64,000 nt of DNA from Phormidium sp. (GTDB lineage: Bacteria > Cyanobacteriota > Cyanobacteriia > Cyanobacteriales > Aerosakkonemataceae). The notes below the pieces were generated by a model, which was given only the letters and a program-made list of their open reading frames with translations, was not told where the DNA came from and ran no database searches. Positions 11,886 through 23,300 of the stretch are shown here, piece after piece. Position numbers and translations under genes: made by a program. The stretch is from contig CP143273.1 in NCBI GenBank assembly GCA_051013385.1, positions 1,088,001 through 1,152,000 on the forward strand, in the 5' to 3' direction. Every line of letters starts with the position of its first letter. Position 1 is the first letter of the stretch.

Positions 11886-12152
11886 CTATTTCGACTTTCG
11901 TTTCGACTTCGGAGGTGTTCGGTGTGCGCCGAAGTATTTTTCACTGCGGTAACGCAACCATATCCTCAACTGCTGCGGAATCTTGTCTTTTTGTTCTTTG
12001 GTGAGCGTGTTGTAAAGGGCTAATGCTTTCTCTCTTTCTCCGCGACAAGCTGCATTGTTGTGAGCATCCCAGTAGCTACGGGCTACCCGAATCCGCCGAC
12101 AAACTTCCTTAACAAGTGCTTCTCCCGTGAATGGTTCTTCCTGCTTTGCCAT
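11886..12152 (-). CDS. Small hypothetical protein
   Basis: 88-aa ORF with ATG start; I recall the VCRRIRVARSYWDAHNNAACR block from cyanobacterial hypothetical proteins. Confidence 0.7.
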   Translation of the reverse strand: MAKQEEPFTGEALVKEVCRRIRVARSYWDAHNNAACRGEREKALALYNTLTKEQKDKIPQQLRIWLRYRSEKYFGAHRTPPKSKRKSK

Positions 12153-12209
12153 ACTTCAATTTTTCTTACTGGTGAGGAAAGGAAACAAACGGACTATTAT
12201 GTACGATTA

Positions 12210-13952
12210 TCAAGTGGTTGATGGAAGTTCAAACAACTGGGGCTGTTCTTTGAGAATAGACACAGGTTGTTTAATCTGCCAGCTTTTGTCCTGAGACAGT
12301 TCTAGCAAAGATTGATGGTAAGAAATCAGTGTAGAGCGATGACCCACACTTAAAAAAGTAGTTCCTTTTTCCTGCAAATGCTGATATAACCGTTGCTCAT
12401 TACCAATATCTAAGGCGCTAGTTGCTTCGTCCAGAATAGCGTACTTGGGCTGGTTCAGCAGCAATCGAGCAAAGGTCAACCGTTGTTGTTCGCCCAAGGA
12501 GAGGACATCCGCCCAATCTTGTTCGGCATCAAAGCCACCAAACCTTTCATTTAAATCTGCTAAATTGACTTGTTCCAGAACTTGCTTTAAGTGTTCGTCC
12601 TTAACTTCGAGATGGGTGTTGGGATAGAGCAGTTGATCGCGCAAAGTACCTAGCACCATATAAGGACGCTGTGGTAAAAATAGGATCTGGTCAGATGTAG
12701 GACGAATAATCTTACCTGTACCAGAATTCCATAGTCCTGCGATCGCTCTTAGCAACGAACTCTTACCGCAACCACTCGCTCCCATCACCAAAAGTCCTTG
12801 TCCAGCAGGTATTTCAATAGACAAATCTTCTACCAACGTTCGCTGATAATTGGGAGTTTGCAAGCTCAATTTTTCGACTACCAGCCGCATATCCTCAACC
12901 GTCTCAATTCTGGGTTTTTGCTCGTCGGATGCTCGATCTACTTCTGTTTGTTCTAAAAACTGAGCAAAGGTATAAAGACGATTAATTCCAGCACCAAAAG
13001 TAGTCAATTGTTGGAAACGGGCAACGACAACATTTAGCGAGAAAAAGACGCGGATAAAAGCTCCTTGTGCTTCCGAAACTTTACCCACCTCCATCTCTCC
13101 TGCAAAAATCGCAGGTGCGACAACTAAAGCAGGCAGAATGAAGGGGATGAACTCATAAGCGTTCGTTACCATATTTAAGTTCAATTCCCAAACCAACAGC
13201 CGTTTTACATTCTCAAATACCTCTAAAAACCTATGCTTGACCTGATTCGACTCTTGCTCTTCTCCTCGGTAAAAAGCGATCGCTTCCGCATTCTCCCGAA
13301 TTCGCACTAAACTAAAACGAAGATTCGCTTCTTTCTTGAGTTGTTCAAAGTTGAGTCTGACAAGCGGCTTACCAAACACAAATGTTGTTACCAAAGTTCC
13401 AATCAGTGCATACAACACTAGAAAAAATACTAAGGGTTTAGAAATGCCCCAGAGTACGCTGCTAAAGGCAATCACCGACAGCACCGACTCCACCAACACC
13501 AGCAAAAAGGTAAGTGATTCCTGGGTAAAACTGCGAACATCCTCAGCAATCCGCTGATCCGGGTTATCAATCTCGGTTTCTGAGATATGCAGGTTGTAAT
13601 AAGCACGGTTGTGAAAGTAGTTATCTACGAATCGATGAGTGAGCCATTTGCGCCATTGTAAACTGAGGCGATCGCGCAGATATGTATAACCCGCAAGTAA
13701 TGGTGCATAGATTACCAGCACAGCAATGAAAACGATTACGGTTTGCCAAAAACGGCTTTCGTCCTGGGCGGAAAGGGCTGAAATTAGCACCCCTCTCTTG
13801 TTGTTGAGTACTACGCTCAACCCCGTATACGCCAGCAGGAACAGCACGACCCCCAAGAGTAAACCTCTAGCTCGCCATTTCTCATCCCCTGACCAATAGG
13901 ACTTGGCGATCGTCCAAAATTGCTGGAGTACATTAAAGTTCAATCGATCCAT
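12210..13952 (-). CDS. ABC transporter, fused permease/ATPase (ABC_membrane_2 type)
   Basis: DNPDQRIAED, EAIAFY, GASGCGKS, LSLGEQQRL, ILDEATSALD. Confidence 0.92.
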   Translation of the reverse strand: MDRLNFNVLQQFWTIAKSYWSGDEKWRARGLLLGVVLFLLAYTGLSVVLNNKRGVLISALSAQDESRFWQTVIVFIAVLVIYAPLLAGYTYLRDRLSLQWRKWLTHRFVDNYFHNRAYYNLHISETEIDNPDQRIAEDVRSFTQESLTFLLVLVESVLSVIAFSSVLWGISKPLVFFLVLYALIGTLVTTFVFGKPLVRLNFEQLKKEANLRFSLVRIRENAEAIAFYRGEEQESNQVKHRFLEVFENVKRLLVWELNLNMVTNAYEFIPFILPALVVAPAIFAGEMEVGKVSEAQGAFIRVFFSLNVVVARFQQLTTFGAGINRLYTFAQFLEQTEVDRASDEQKPRIETVEDMRLVVEKLSLQTPNYQRTLVEDLSIEIPAGQGLLVMGASGCGKSSLLRAIAGLWNSGTGKIIRPTSDQILFLPQRPYMVLGTLRDQLLYPNTHLEVKDEHLKQVLEQVNLADLNERFGGFDAEQDWADVLSLGEQQRLTFARLLLNQPKYAILDEATSALDIGNEQRLYQHLQEKGTTFLSVGHRSTLISYHQSLLELSQDKSWQIKQPVSILKEQPQLFELPSTT

Positions 13953-14066
13953 CGGCTTGTTTTCCTCAAAACTCGGTCTGCTAGGAGATAATTGATAAAG
14001 GTAAACCCAGGTAAAATTTGCTCAAATACTTACTAATGTGACTCATTTCTGGGCAATTGTTAAATT

Positions 14067-14483
14067 ATGCTACAAATTTCTAAGACTGTGACTATTCCAG
14101 AGCATGAGATTGAAATGAGTGCAGTGCGCTCTCAAGGAGCAGGAGGGCAGAATGTCAATAAGGTAGCAACTGCCATTCACCTGCGCTTCGACATTATCGC
14201 TTCCTCGTTACCTGAGTCTTACAAAGAACGACTGTTGAAGCTTTCCGATGGGCGGATTACCAAAGATGGGGTGATTGTCATTAAGGCACAAGAACACCGC
14301 ACTCAGGAGCAGAATCGGGAAGAGGCGTTGCAAAGATTGCAAGAATTGATTAAAAGTGCGATCGCTCTCCCCAAACCCCGAAAAAAGAGCAAACCAACTC
14401 GGAGTTCTCAAAGAAAACGTCTGGATAGCAAAACGAAACGAAGTCAGCTTAAGACAATGCGAGGAAAAGTTACGGATGAATAA
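14067..14483 (+). CDS. arfB: Alternative ribosome-rescue peptidyl-tRNA hydrolase ArfB
   Basis: [13 protein letters not shown] (GGQ motif), RTQEQNRE, basic C-terminal tail. Confidence 0.93.
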   Translation: MLQISKTVTIPEHEIEMSAVRSQGAGGQNVNKVATAIHLRFDIIASSLPESYKERLLKLSDGRITKDGVIVIKAQEHRTQEQNREEALQRLQELIKSAIALPKPRKKSKPTRSSQRKRLDSKTKRSQLKTMRGKVTDE

Positions 14484-14798
14484 CTGGTATAAAGAAGACC
14501 TCGCTTATATCCACGATGTTGGCTTTAGGAGTTACGTTCTGCAAGCAACGCCAGGAATTCTGGCAATTCTGAACCAGCATGGTATTCAGGACGGACTAAT
14601 TGTAGATTTAGGCTGTGGCAGCGGTCTAGCAGCAGAAGAACTGGTCAAAGTAGGCTACCAAGTTTTAGGGGTTGATATTTCCGCTGCCATGATTGAGATT
14701 GCCCGTGAGCGAGTTCCAATGGCTCAATTTCAGGTTGATTCCTTGTTCCAGGTGGAAATTCCTAATTGTCATGCAGTGATTGCGATCGGTGAATGTTT
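14476..14798 (+). pseudogene. Class I SAM methyltransferase truncated by ISL3
   Basis: [14 protein letters not shown]...VDLGCGSG...GVDIS; cut at IGECL exactly where the ISL3 repeat starts. No 3' remainder after the element. Confidence 0.8.
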
Positions 14799-15381
14799 GG
14801 TTCTTCCGTACTTACTGTGCTAAATTATTAGGTAAGTGCCAAGAGATCTAGTCGTAAAAATGATTCATGAAGAATTAAATCAAGCCAGAATTGCTCAAAA
14901 GAGAACCGCAGAAGAATTAAATGTTAAAGCCAGAGCTAAGTTATTTGGCAGCTTAAAAGGCAGCAAATACATATTACTAAAAGGTGAAAATAAATTATCT
15001 CCCAAGCAAAAAGAAAAATTAGAGCAAGGTTATTGCGAGCTTCACCTTTAGTTGAAATAATGCACTCATTAAAGGAAGAATTACATCAAATATTTGAAGA
15101 AAGTGAGAATTTGGGAGAAGGAACATTAAAGTTAATGGACTGGTTAGCCATAGCGCCAAATTATTATCGAAAAAGCGTGCCTACAATGAAACGGTGGTTC
15201 GCCGAGATAGTCGGATATTTTGAGAATCGCACAACTAACGGAATAGTGGAAGGCATTAATAATAAATTGAAATTACTCAAACGTTGTGGATTTGGTTTTA
15301 GGAATTTCCGCAATTTTGAATTAAGAGCTTTATTATTCTGGCACTTCCCTAATAATTTAGCACAGTAAGTACGGAAGAACC
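14799..15381 (+). mobile_element. ISL3-family remnant with frameshifted transposase C-terminus
   Basis: Perfect 34-bp inverted repeats GGTTCTTCCGTACTTACTGTGCTAAATTATTAGG; ORFs 14836-15051 and 15033-15368 with TTNGIVEGINNKLKLLKRCGFGFRNFRNF. No target duplication. Confidence 0.9.
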
Positions 15382-15397
15382 AATTTTTCGCTCTCCT

Positions 15398-16567
15398 CTA
15401 TTGCAAATCAGTCCAAATTCCTTGACAGCGTTCCATAATTAACCCCTGAAAAATTGATTGAGTTGATGGGTGAATAGCTATTTTATACAAAGATAAAATA
15501 CCAGTAGAACTTTTAAGGTTTAACTCTCTTCGAGTAAGACATAATGCTTGTACTCGATGGAGTTCCACAGCTTGAATTAAACCTGGGTAACTCAAATTAC
15601 GTAAAGCTAATTGACCATTTTTTGTGATATATATGGCATCGTTTTGAAAAAGATATTCTAAACTCAGAAGGCTAGCATATACATCTACGTCTTTTTCTAG
15701 ACCTCCTAGACGGTGAGCATCTAAGCCAAAGCGAATACAGAAGTTTACAGCTACTAATTTTCCGGCTTCTTCAGCAGGTAAAATGCAAGCAGCAAACTCA
15801 AATCCTAAGCTATCTGAGCGCCATTCTTCTATTCCTGAATTAGTATAATTTCGGAAAATTTTCTGCTTTAACTTAAAGTTAAATCCCAAACCACTTGCGT
15901 GACCTGCTTCGTGAACTTGTGTATCTATATGACGATAGCGATCGCCATTGATTTCGTCTTCCAAAGGAGCCAATAGTAAATTAGCTGTCTCCTGTTCAAA
16001 TATTTTGTGGAGGCAAATGCGACTCGAACCTAAAAAACGTCGTCGTTGCTCTTTGGCATTGTTTAATGCTGGCCCTAAAACACTGTTAGGAAAAGTCCAT
16101 CTATTCGGCACAATGAAAGCTTCACCGCTTTCACCTCTGACATTACCACAACTAGCAATCTCTGTAAAAGAAAGGTTTATCGGAATTGATTGATTTAGTG
16201 TACCAAACTTTTCCCGAATCAGATTTTCTAATTGCTCGATCGTTGGCTCAGAGTTTTGGTGTATCTTTCCGTAAATTGCACTTAAAGTTAGGTTGGGTTG
16301 GCACTGTCGATTTATTTGGTAAGGTGCGATAATCAAGAAATAGCCATTTTTTCCAATAAAATCCCTATTAATAAAGCCTTCAGATAAAATACTCCAGTCG
16401 TTATTTTCTAAAGCATCTGCTGTTTTAAGTAGCCAAGCTGTCGGAAGTTCACCGAAATCTACCGCTTGTTGGCGTAGTTTTTTGACAGCAATGGTAATTT
16501 CATTATGTTCAATATCTTGAACTATTTGTTTAATCATTTCTTGTTCATCTACAAATGTTAAAGTCAT
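15398..16567 (-). CDS. Putative HExxH metalloprotein (M49 peptidase-like motif pair)
   Basis: VHEAGH followed by EEWRSD; AGGAG RBS; co-oriented with the NRPS cluster. Confidence 0.55.
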   Translation of the reverse strand: MTLTFVDEQEMIKQIVQDIEHNEITIAVKKLRQQAVDFGELPTAWLLKTADALENNDWSILSEGFINRDFIGKNGYFLIIAPYQINRQCQPNLTLSAIYGKIHQNSEPTIEQLENLIREKFGTLNQSIPINLSFTEIASCGNVRGESGEAFIVPNRWTFPNSVLGPALNNAKEQRRRFLGSSRICLHKIFEQETANLLLAPLEDEINGDRYRHIDTQVHEAGHASGLGFNFKLKQKIFRNYTNSGIEEWRSDSLGFEFAACILPAEEAGKLVAVNFCIRFGLDAHRLGGLEKDVDVYASLLSLEYLFQNDAIYITKNGQLALRNLSYPGLIQAVELHRVQALCLTRRELNLKSSTGILSLYKIAIHPSTQSIFQGLIMERCQGIWTDLQ

Positions 16568-16692
16568 TGTTTCAACTCCTATTATTAAGCTTTAGTAGAA
16601 AATTTAATTAATTTAGCTCTGGTTATTGTGAAGAATTTCATTGATAGATTAAAGGAGTAGAATTTTTACCGAAAAGCATAAATTAGTAATCG

Positions 16693-18717
16693 CTAATCTC
16701 TCACCCATTTGAACACTGAAGGGTTTTTATTATAACGATAGGTAAAGCCATCTTTACCAGTAATCGATTTACCCAGACTTGCTTTACTTCTAATACTGGA
16801 AATTGAATAGTCTGTTAATTTTTGCAATTCCTTGTGAGAAAATCCGACAAATGTATCTGCGTTCGCCTCTATTTCTGTTTGAGTTTGAGATTCATCATTG
16901 GGGATATCATTTGTAATTTCGCTATTTTCAGTAGAACTAATCACAATTTCTGTTGCTTTCCTTAGCCGATAATCCTCTACAGTGAGTAGTTGCCAAGTGG
17001 AATCTTGTAGAAGTTCTAAAACCCACTGATGATAATCAAATAAAGTTTCCCGATGTCCAACACTGATAAATGTTGTTTTTGTTTCTTCTAACTGCTGATA
17101 TAAGTTCCCTTCATTTTTCAGGTCTAAAGCACTGGTAGCTTCGTCTAATATAGTGAAGCTAGGACGATTAACTAATAATCTGGCAAAAGCTAAACGTTGT
17201 TGTTCTCCTTGGGATAATATGTTCTCCCAAGGAACTTCTGTATCGAAGCCATCGATTCGACTGAGCAAATTTTGTAAGTTCACTTGTTGTAAAATTTCTC
17301 TGAGTTCTGCATCTGTTTTTTGGTAGTTTCTATTAGGATAAAGTAACTGTTCGCGCAAAGTTCCTAAGATTATATAAGGACGCTGGGGCAAAAATAAGAG
17401 TTGTTCTAAGGGTGGTCGCATTAAACGACCTGTACCTGCATTCCATAAACCTGCGATCGCTCTGAGAAGAGAACTTTTTCCTCGACCACTCGGCCCAACA
17501 ATTAATAAACCTTCTCCAGCTTGAACATTTAATGATAAATTTTCCACTATTACCTGCTCGTAGTCAGGTGTTTGTAAGGTGAAATTTTCAAAAGCAAAAT
17601 GATTTTCTTCTACTGTTTTAATAGTAGAGACATTTTCTGGTTCTTTCACCACTGTTTCTAAGGCATTGGAAAACTCAGATAAACGCTCAACGTAACTAGA
17701 AAATTGTCCAGAAACTCCAAATTGATTGATTAATTCTCCGAGAGCGATCGCAAACATATTACAAGCTAAAGCAGCTTGTCCTAGTTGCCCAAAATCAATT
17801 TCATTTCTAATATATAAAGGAGCCAGAAATAGGAAGGGAAATATTTGAATTATCGATTGATAGCCTCGGCTAAAAAAATCAGTTCCTCTCTCCCAACCAA
17901 TCTTTTCTTGAATGGTTTTCACTAAATTACCAAATCGCCGCTCAATTATATTTAATTCCTGTTTTTCTCCTTGGAAAAAAGCGATCGACTCAGCGTGATT
18001 TCGCACATGAGTTAAAGCATAACTATAATCAGCTTTAGCAACTATTTCCTCTTGACTAATCCTCACCAAATTTTGATTTAAATAAGCAGCTATTAAGTTA
18101 CCTGCAACTGTATAAACCAGCATCACCACAGCTATTTGGTAAGAAATTATCCAAATTATTACTAAAAAAGTAACCATTTCCAGTACTTTTTCCAAAAAAG
18201 TAGCAGAAAAATTCAGAGCATTATTGGTAATAGGTTCAATTTCTTGAGAGATTCGTTGATCTGGGTTATCAATATCCGCTCTAAAGTTAATTTTATAGTA
18301 AGCCCTTTTGCTTAAATATTGCTCTAAAGTTTGATTGTTTAGCCACTTGTACCAGTCAATAGCGATTTTTTTTCTAACAAATCTCGAAAACCCGGTTAAA
18401 AGTGTAGCAAAAGCTAAAACAAAAATGTTGAGTAATAAAATGTCAGTGAATTTAGCATAATCTTTATCTTGAATCAGGCTATCGACAAGATAACGGTTAA
18501 CGAAACTATTAAGCGCATTTGTCCCCACTAGCGCAGTAATTAAAAGTACCAAAAAAACGAGCATTCCCCAAGCATAAAGCACCTCGGAAAATCCTCGGGA
18601 ACCTGGCTTGGTGGGATACCAGTAAGGCTGGGCGACTACTTTTACAGCTTCCCAAAATTGAGTAAAAGCGGAAAAAGCATTTGTTTTAGGCTGAGTTTGA
18701 AGAACTTGAGTTGACAT
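16693..18717 (-). CDS. NRPS-associated ABC transporter
   Basis: DNPDQRISQE, GPSGRGKS, LSQGEQQRL, ILDEATSALD; directly downstream of the SDR. Confidence 0.9.
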   Translation of the reverse strand: MSTQVLQTQPKTNAFSAFTQFWEAVKVVAQPYWYPTKPGSRGFSEVLYAWGMLVFLVLLITALVGTNALNSFVNRYLVDSLIQDKDYAKFTDILLLNIFVLAFATLLTGFSRFVRKKIAIDWYKWLNNQTLEQYLSKRAYYKINFRADIDNPDQRISQEIEPITNNALNFSATFLEKVLEMVTFLVIIWIISYQIAVVMLVYTVAGNLIAAYLNQNLVRISQEEIVAKADYSYALTHVRNHAESIAFFQGEKQELNIIERRFGNLVKTIQEKIGWERGTDFFSRGYQSIIQIFPFLFLAPLYIRNEIDFGQLGQAALACNMFAIALGELINQFGVSGQFSSYVERLSEFSNALETVVKEPENVSTIKTVEENHFAFENFTLQTPDYEQVIVENLSLNVQAGEGLLIVGPSGRGKSSLLRAIAGLWNAGTGRLMRPPLEQLLFLPQRPYIILGTLREQLLYPNRNYQKTDAELREILQQVNLQNLLSRIDGFDTEVPWENILSQGEQQRLAFARLLVNRPSFTILDEATSALDLKNEGNLYQQLEETKTTFISVGHRETLFDYHQWVLELLQDSTWQLLTVEDYRLRKATEIVISSTENSEITNDIPNDESQTQTEIEANADTFVGFSHKELQKLTDYSISSIRSKASLGKSITGKDGFTYRYNKNPSVFKWVRD

Positions 18718-18742
18718 ATTTGAGAAATAATTAATATTGTGA

Positions 18743-19480
18743 TTACAGCAAGGTTACACCGCCATCCAAAGGCAAAATAACCCCTGTGGCATAAGTATTT
18801 CCGATTAAACTTAATACTGCTTGCGCCACCTCTTCTGGTTGTCCCAGATGCTCTACAGGTAAGGCAGAGGTCGCCCATTTTGTGAGATCCGATCGCTCAG
18901 ACTCGCTTTGACTAGTCCAGCTACTTGTATCTTCGATCAATCCGGGGGCGATTACGTTGACTCGAATTGGTGAAATTTCTAATGCCAATGAGCGTCCAAA
19001 TACTGCAATTGCCGCATTTGCAGCTGCGATCGCCGAAATCCCCCCCATTTTTGAAGCTTTGAAAATACTCACACTTGATGTCAGTGTAATCGAGCCATTT
19101 TTCGCTATATTTTTCAGTGCTGCACGTACCGCGAAGAAGGTTCCCCAAAATTTTTGCATTGCACCTTGAGCGGTTTCTGTGGTCATTTCTGCTAATAGCG
19201 ATCGCGGCATATTTCGATCGCCCATAGATGTTACTACTAAATGATCGAATTCTCCCACCTCCTCAAAAAAACTATTGACCGAATTCTCATCATAAATGTC
19301 AACAATTTTAGCCTCAATCTGTCCCGAAAGTGACTCCATTGCTTCATTTAATTTCTCTTGTGAAGGGTGGGAAAGTACCACCGATGCTCCTAATTCTGCG
19401 GTTTTTTTGGCGATCGCCAAATCCACCCCAGAACTCACCCCAATAATCACAACTTTCTTACCTGATAGCAATTCAAACAT
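18743..19480 (-). CDS. apdF: Short-chain dehydrogenase/reductase, ApdF-like
   Basis: IIGVSSGVD Rossmann region, IRVNVIAPG, TGVILPLDGG; ATG at 19480 with AGGTAGGA upstream; same position as apdF. Confidence 0.8.
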   Translation of the reverse strand: MFELLSGKKVVIIGVSSGVDLAIAKKTAELGASVVLSHPSQEKLNEAMESLSGQIEAKIVDIYDENSVNSFFEEVGEFDHLVVTSMGDRNMPRSLLAEMTTETAQGAMQKFWGTFFAVRAALKNIAKNGSITLTSSVSIFKASKMGGISAIAAANAAIAVFGRSLALEISPIRVNVIAPGLIEDTSSWTSQSESERSDLTKWATSALPVEHLGQPEEVAQAVLSLIGNTYATGVILPLDGGVTLL

Positions 19481-19510
19481 TATCCTACCTAAACGAATAA
19501 ATTTAGTCAA

Positions 19511-20299
19511 TCATACCTTATTTATTGGTTTCTGGGCTGAAACCAATAAATAAGTTATATCTGAAGAATTCAACAATCTATCGATAGCGACCACATTTGT
19601 CTGATAAACTTGTTCATTTATCTTTCCTGTTTGAAATTCCTGCTCGATCGCAGATTTCATATCCCGGAAATGATTCAGCCAACATTCATTTGTCGCCTCC
19701 ACAAATTCTACCCGATCCCAACCAACCTTTTGGTAAAGATTTTTATATTCCTTAATACCTTTGACAGTATTATCTTCAGGAACAATCCAATCCCCAAAAT
19801 ACTCTCTAGTTTCAAAGATTATATCTGAAAGAATCAACTTACCCCCTGGTTTCAAAACCCGAAAAGCTTCTTGCAAAAACTTCTCCCTTGTATTAAAGTA
19901 AAAAGCCGCTTCAACGCAAATTATATTAGCAAAAAAACTATCATCAAAATCCATTTGTACAGCATCCATACAAATAAATTTACATTCAGGAGCGTTTACC
20001 ATACTTCTTTCGATTTGTTTAGGAGAAATATTAATTCCTACAACATCAGATGAGGAATAATACTTAAGTAAGTAATTTGTAGTTGCTCCCAAACCGCAAC
20101 CAACATCCAGTATATTTCCCTGCTTTTCAGGAATAAATGCTAAAAGCTTTTCCATCAAATTAAAAGAAGCTTCTTCCTGATTTTGAGTATCAGAGTCCCA
20201 ATAACCTACATTAAAAAACTCTGTTTTGCCATAGTATTCTCTAGTTCCCGGATTGAAAATTAAAGTATCAAACTTACTAATCCATTCAGTTCTATCCAT
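19511..20299 (-). CDS. apdE: SAM methyltransferase, ApdE-like
   Basis: FFNVGYW, ILDVGCGLG, VLKPGGKL; ATG at 20299 with GAGGA RBS. Confidence 0.85.
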   Translation of the reverse strand: MDRTEWISKFDTLIFNPGTREYYGKTEFFNVGYWDSDTQNQEEASFNLMEKLLAFIPEKQGNILDVGCGLGATTNYLLKYYSSSDVVGINISPKQIERSMVNAPECKFICMDAVQMDFDDSFFANIICVEAAFYFNTREKFLQEAFRVLKPGGKLILSDIIFETREYFGDWIVPEDNTVKGIKEYKNLYQKVGWDRVEFVEATNECWLNHFRDMKSAIEQEFQTGKINEQVYQTNVVAIDRLLNSSDITYLLVSAQKPINKV

Positions 20300-20313
20300 T
20301 TTTAAATCCTCAT

Positions 20314-23300
20314 TTAAATGTGTTTTTGTGCTTGTTTGATACAAAGTTTCAATTGCTCTGCTAAAACCTGAACATGAGGTTCAGACATGATTGAAACATG
20401 ATTACCTAAAACAAAATGAATATCCACAGGTTCCGTTGAAAATTCACTCCATCCCAAGGAAGAATCTTGGCAAATTTCAGAAGCTAACTCATAATTCGGA
20501 TCGTCAATTAAATCCTCATTAGCGCGTAAAACTGTCAGTTTACCTGGGTAGCTTTCTTGGGGAACATAATCAACCAAACATAAGCAGCTATTTTTATAAG
20601 CTTGCACGATATTTATTAGTTGGGTAATTTCAGCATTGGGAGGCAACATATTAGCCAATTTGAAATAATTTAAAACATATTTTAATTGCTCCTCCACTGT
20701 TAAGCATTTGAGAGTTTCGTAAGAAATATCTACGTTTTTATCCAAATAAATTTCTATGCCTTTGCTGACTTCAGCTAACCATCTGGCATGATCCCAACCC
20801 AGATAATCAAGCAGCATTTGCTTATCTTTGTAAGTTGGTGCTGAAGAATCAATGATTGCCAACAAAGCCACTTTATGTCCCTGTTTTACCAACTGTTTGC
20901 CCATCTCAAAGGCAACATTTCCGCCATAAGAATGTCCGCCCAAAAAATATGGCCCTTGAGGTTGAACAGCTTGCATTGCTGCAATGTAAATACTAGCAAT
21001 ATTTTCTATATTAGGAATCGAGCCTAGTTCCTGATATAGATTGTTTTCAAAACTGTACAACGGTTGATCGTCTCCTAAATAACGACTTAAATGATAGAAG
21101 TAAAAAGGTCTACCTCCTGCGCCGGGAACACAGAAAAAAGGTAAGTTTGAACCATTAGGCTGAATAGCTACTAAACAAGATGGCGTAGAGTGAACTGAGT
21201 CTTGTTGAATAATTGTAGCTAACTGTTCAATTGTGGGATTTTGGAAAAGTGTTGTTAAAGGAATATCTTTGCCAAACTGCTGCTTAATTTGAGTCATTAA
21301 GTAGGAAGCTAAAAGGGAATGACCACCCAAATCAAAAAAGTTATCTTGTACGCCAATTTTGTCAATTTTCAGAATCTTTGACCAGATTTGAACTAGTTGC
21401 AATTCTAACTGATTTCGGGCTTCGATAAATCTGTCTGAGTCGCTGGTGTTCGAGGGAGGTTTCAAGGCGTGGCGATCGACTTTTCCATTAGCATTTAGTG
21501 GCAAAGATTCCAAAATTACAAAAGCCGATGGCACCATATATCCAGGTAGTTTATTAGCGAGAAATTGACGCAGTTCGCTACTTGTAAGAATGACATCTTT
21601 TTGCGGCACTATATAGGCAACTAACCGCTTTTCGCCTGGGGTATCTTCGCGGACAATAACGCAAGATAAATGGACATTACTATGTTCGCTTAATGCTGCT
21701 TCTATTTCGCCTAATTCAATGCGAAAACCCCGAATTTTTACTTGATTATCGATGCGTCCTAAAAATTCAATATTGCCATCAGTTAAATAACGAGCTAAAT
21801 CCCCCGTTTTATATAATTTTGAATTATCAAATGGACTGGAAATAAACTTCTCATTAGTTAATTCTGGGCGGTTGAGATAGCCGCTTGCTAATCCGGCTCC
21901 ACCAATATATAATTCTCCGGGAACACCTATCGGAACAGGTTGTAAATACTGGTCTAGAATGTAAATTTGGGTGTTAGCGATCGGACGACCAATAGAAATT
22001 GATTTTACAGTTGTTTCCAGTTGTTTAGGCAGAGAGTAACAACAAGTAAAAGTTGTACTTTCTGTTGGGCCATATCCATTAATAATCTGTGTCAATGGTA
22101 AATTTTCCAAAGCTTCCCTGACATGAGGAACTGAAAGTGCTTCCCCACCAATTAATAGTTGTTTTATTCCTGATAAAGCTTGTAAGTCATCATCAATAAT
22201 CGAGTTAAACAATGCAGCAGTTAACCATATAGTAGTAATGCTATGTTTGTCAATTTCCTGCTTCAGATGTTTAGCGGTAGGGATTTTTTCTGGGAACAAA
22301 AAACATATTGCTCCATGTAACAAAGCTCCCCAAATCTCAAATGTAGAAGCATCAAAAGCAATGGGAGCCATTTGAAGAAATCTTTGTGTAGCATCTAAAT
22401 GAACATAATCTACGCCAAACAACAAACGATTAATACCACGATGAATAACTTTAACTCCTTTCGGCTGACCTGTGGAGCCAGAGGTATAAATTACATAAGC
22501 CAAATTAGTGGCTTGTGTGTTACTAATGGGATTATTCTCACTCTGATTCGCAATTTTTTGCCAGTTAGTATCTAGACAAATAAGTTTTGCTTGATGCTCT
22601 GGCAGTTTGTTAATCAGTCGCTCTTGGGTGAGTAAAACTGAAACTTGAGCATCTTGAAGCATAAATTGTAAACGCTTTTGGGGATATTCTGGGTCAAGGG
22701 GAAGGTATGCGCCACCTGCTTTGAGAATACCCAACAATCCTACTACCATTTCTAATGAACGTTCCACGCACAATCCCACTAACATATCTGCTTTTACACC
22801 CAAGGAACGTAAATAATGGGCTAATTTATTGGCGCGACAATTCAATTCAGAATAGGTTAATTGTTCATTTTCAAATACTACTGCTATTGCATTTGGAGTT
22901 CGTTTTACTTGCTCCTCAAATAACTGATGAATACATTTATCTTGTGGATAATCTGTTTGGGTATTATTCCACTCAACTAAAATTTGATTGAGTTCGCTTT
23001 GATTCAACAGTGATAATTCGGAAATTCGCGCTTTGGGATTGGCAACAATTGCTTTTAATAAAGTCTCAAAATGTTGACCCATTCGAGAAATTGTCGGCGC
23101 ATCAAATAAATCAATACTGTAAGACCAAACACCCTGCAAACCGTTGGGAGTTTCCCAAAAGTTTACTTCTAAGTCAAACCTGACTTTTACATCACTTGAA
23201 AAAGGAAAGCTTTGAATTTTTAAACCAGATAAACTGCTTTCTGATTGGGGAGTATTCTGAAGGGAAAACATTACTTGTACCAGAGGATTACGACTTAAAT

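Noticed and set aside
14356..14475. N-terminal extension of ORF 14356-14823
   Set aside because: It overlaps arfB; methyltransferase similarity begins at ATG 14476.
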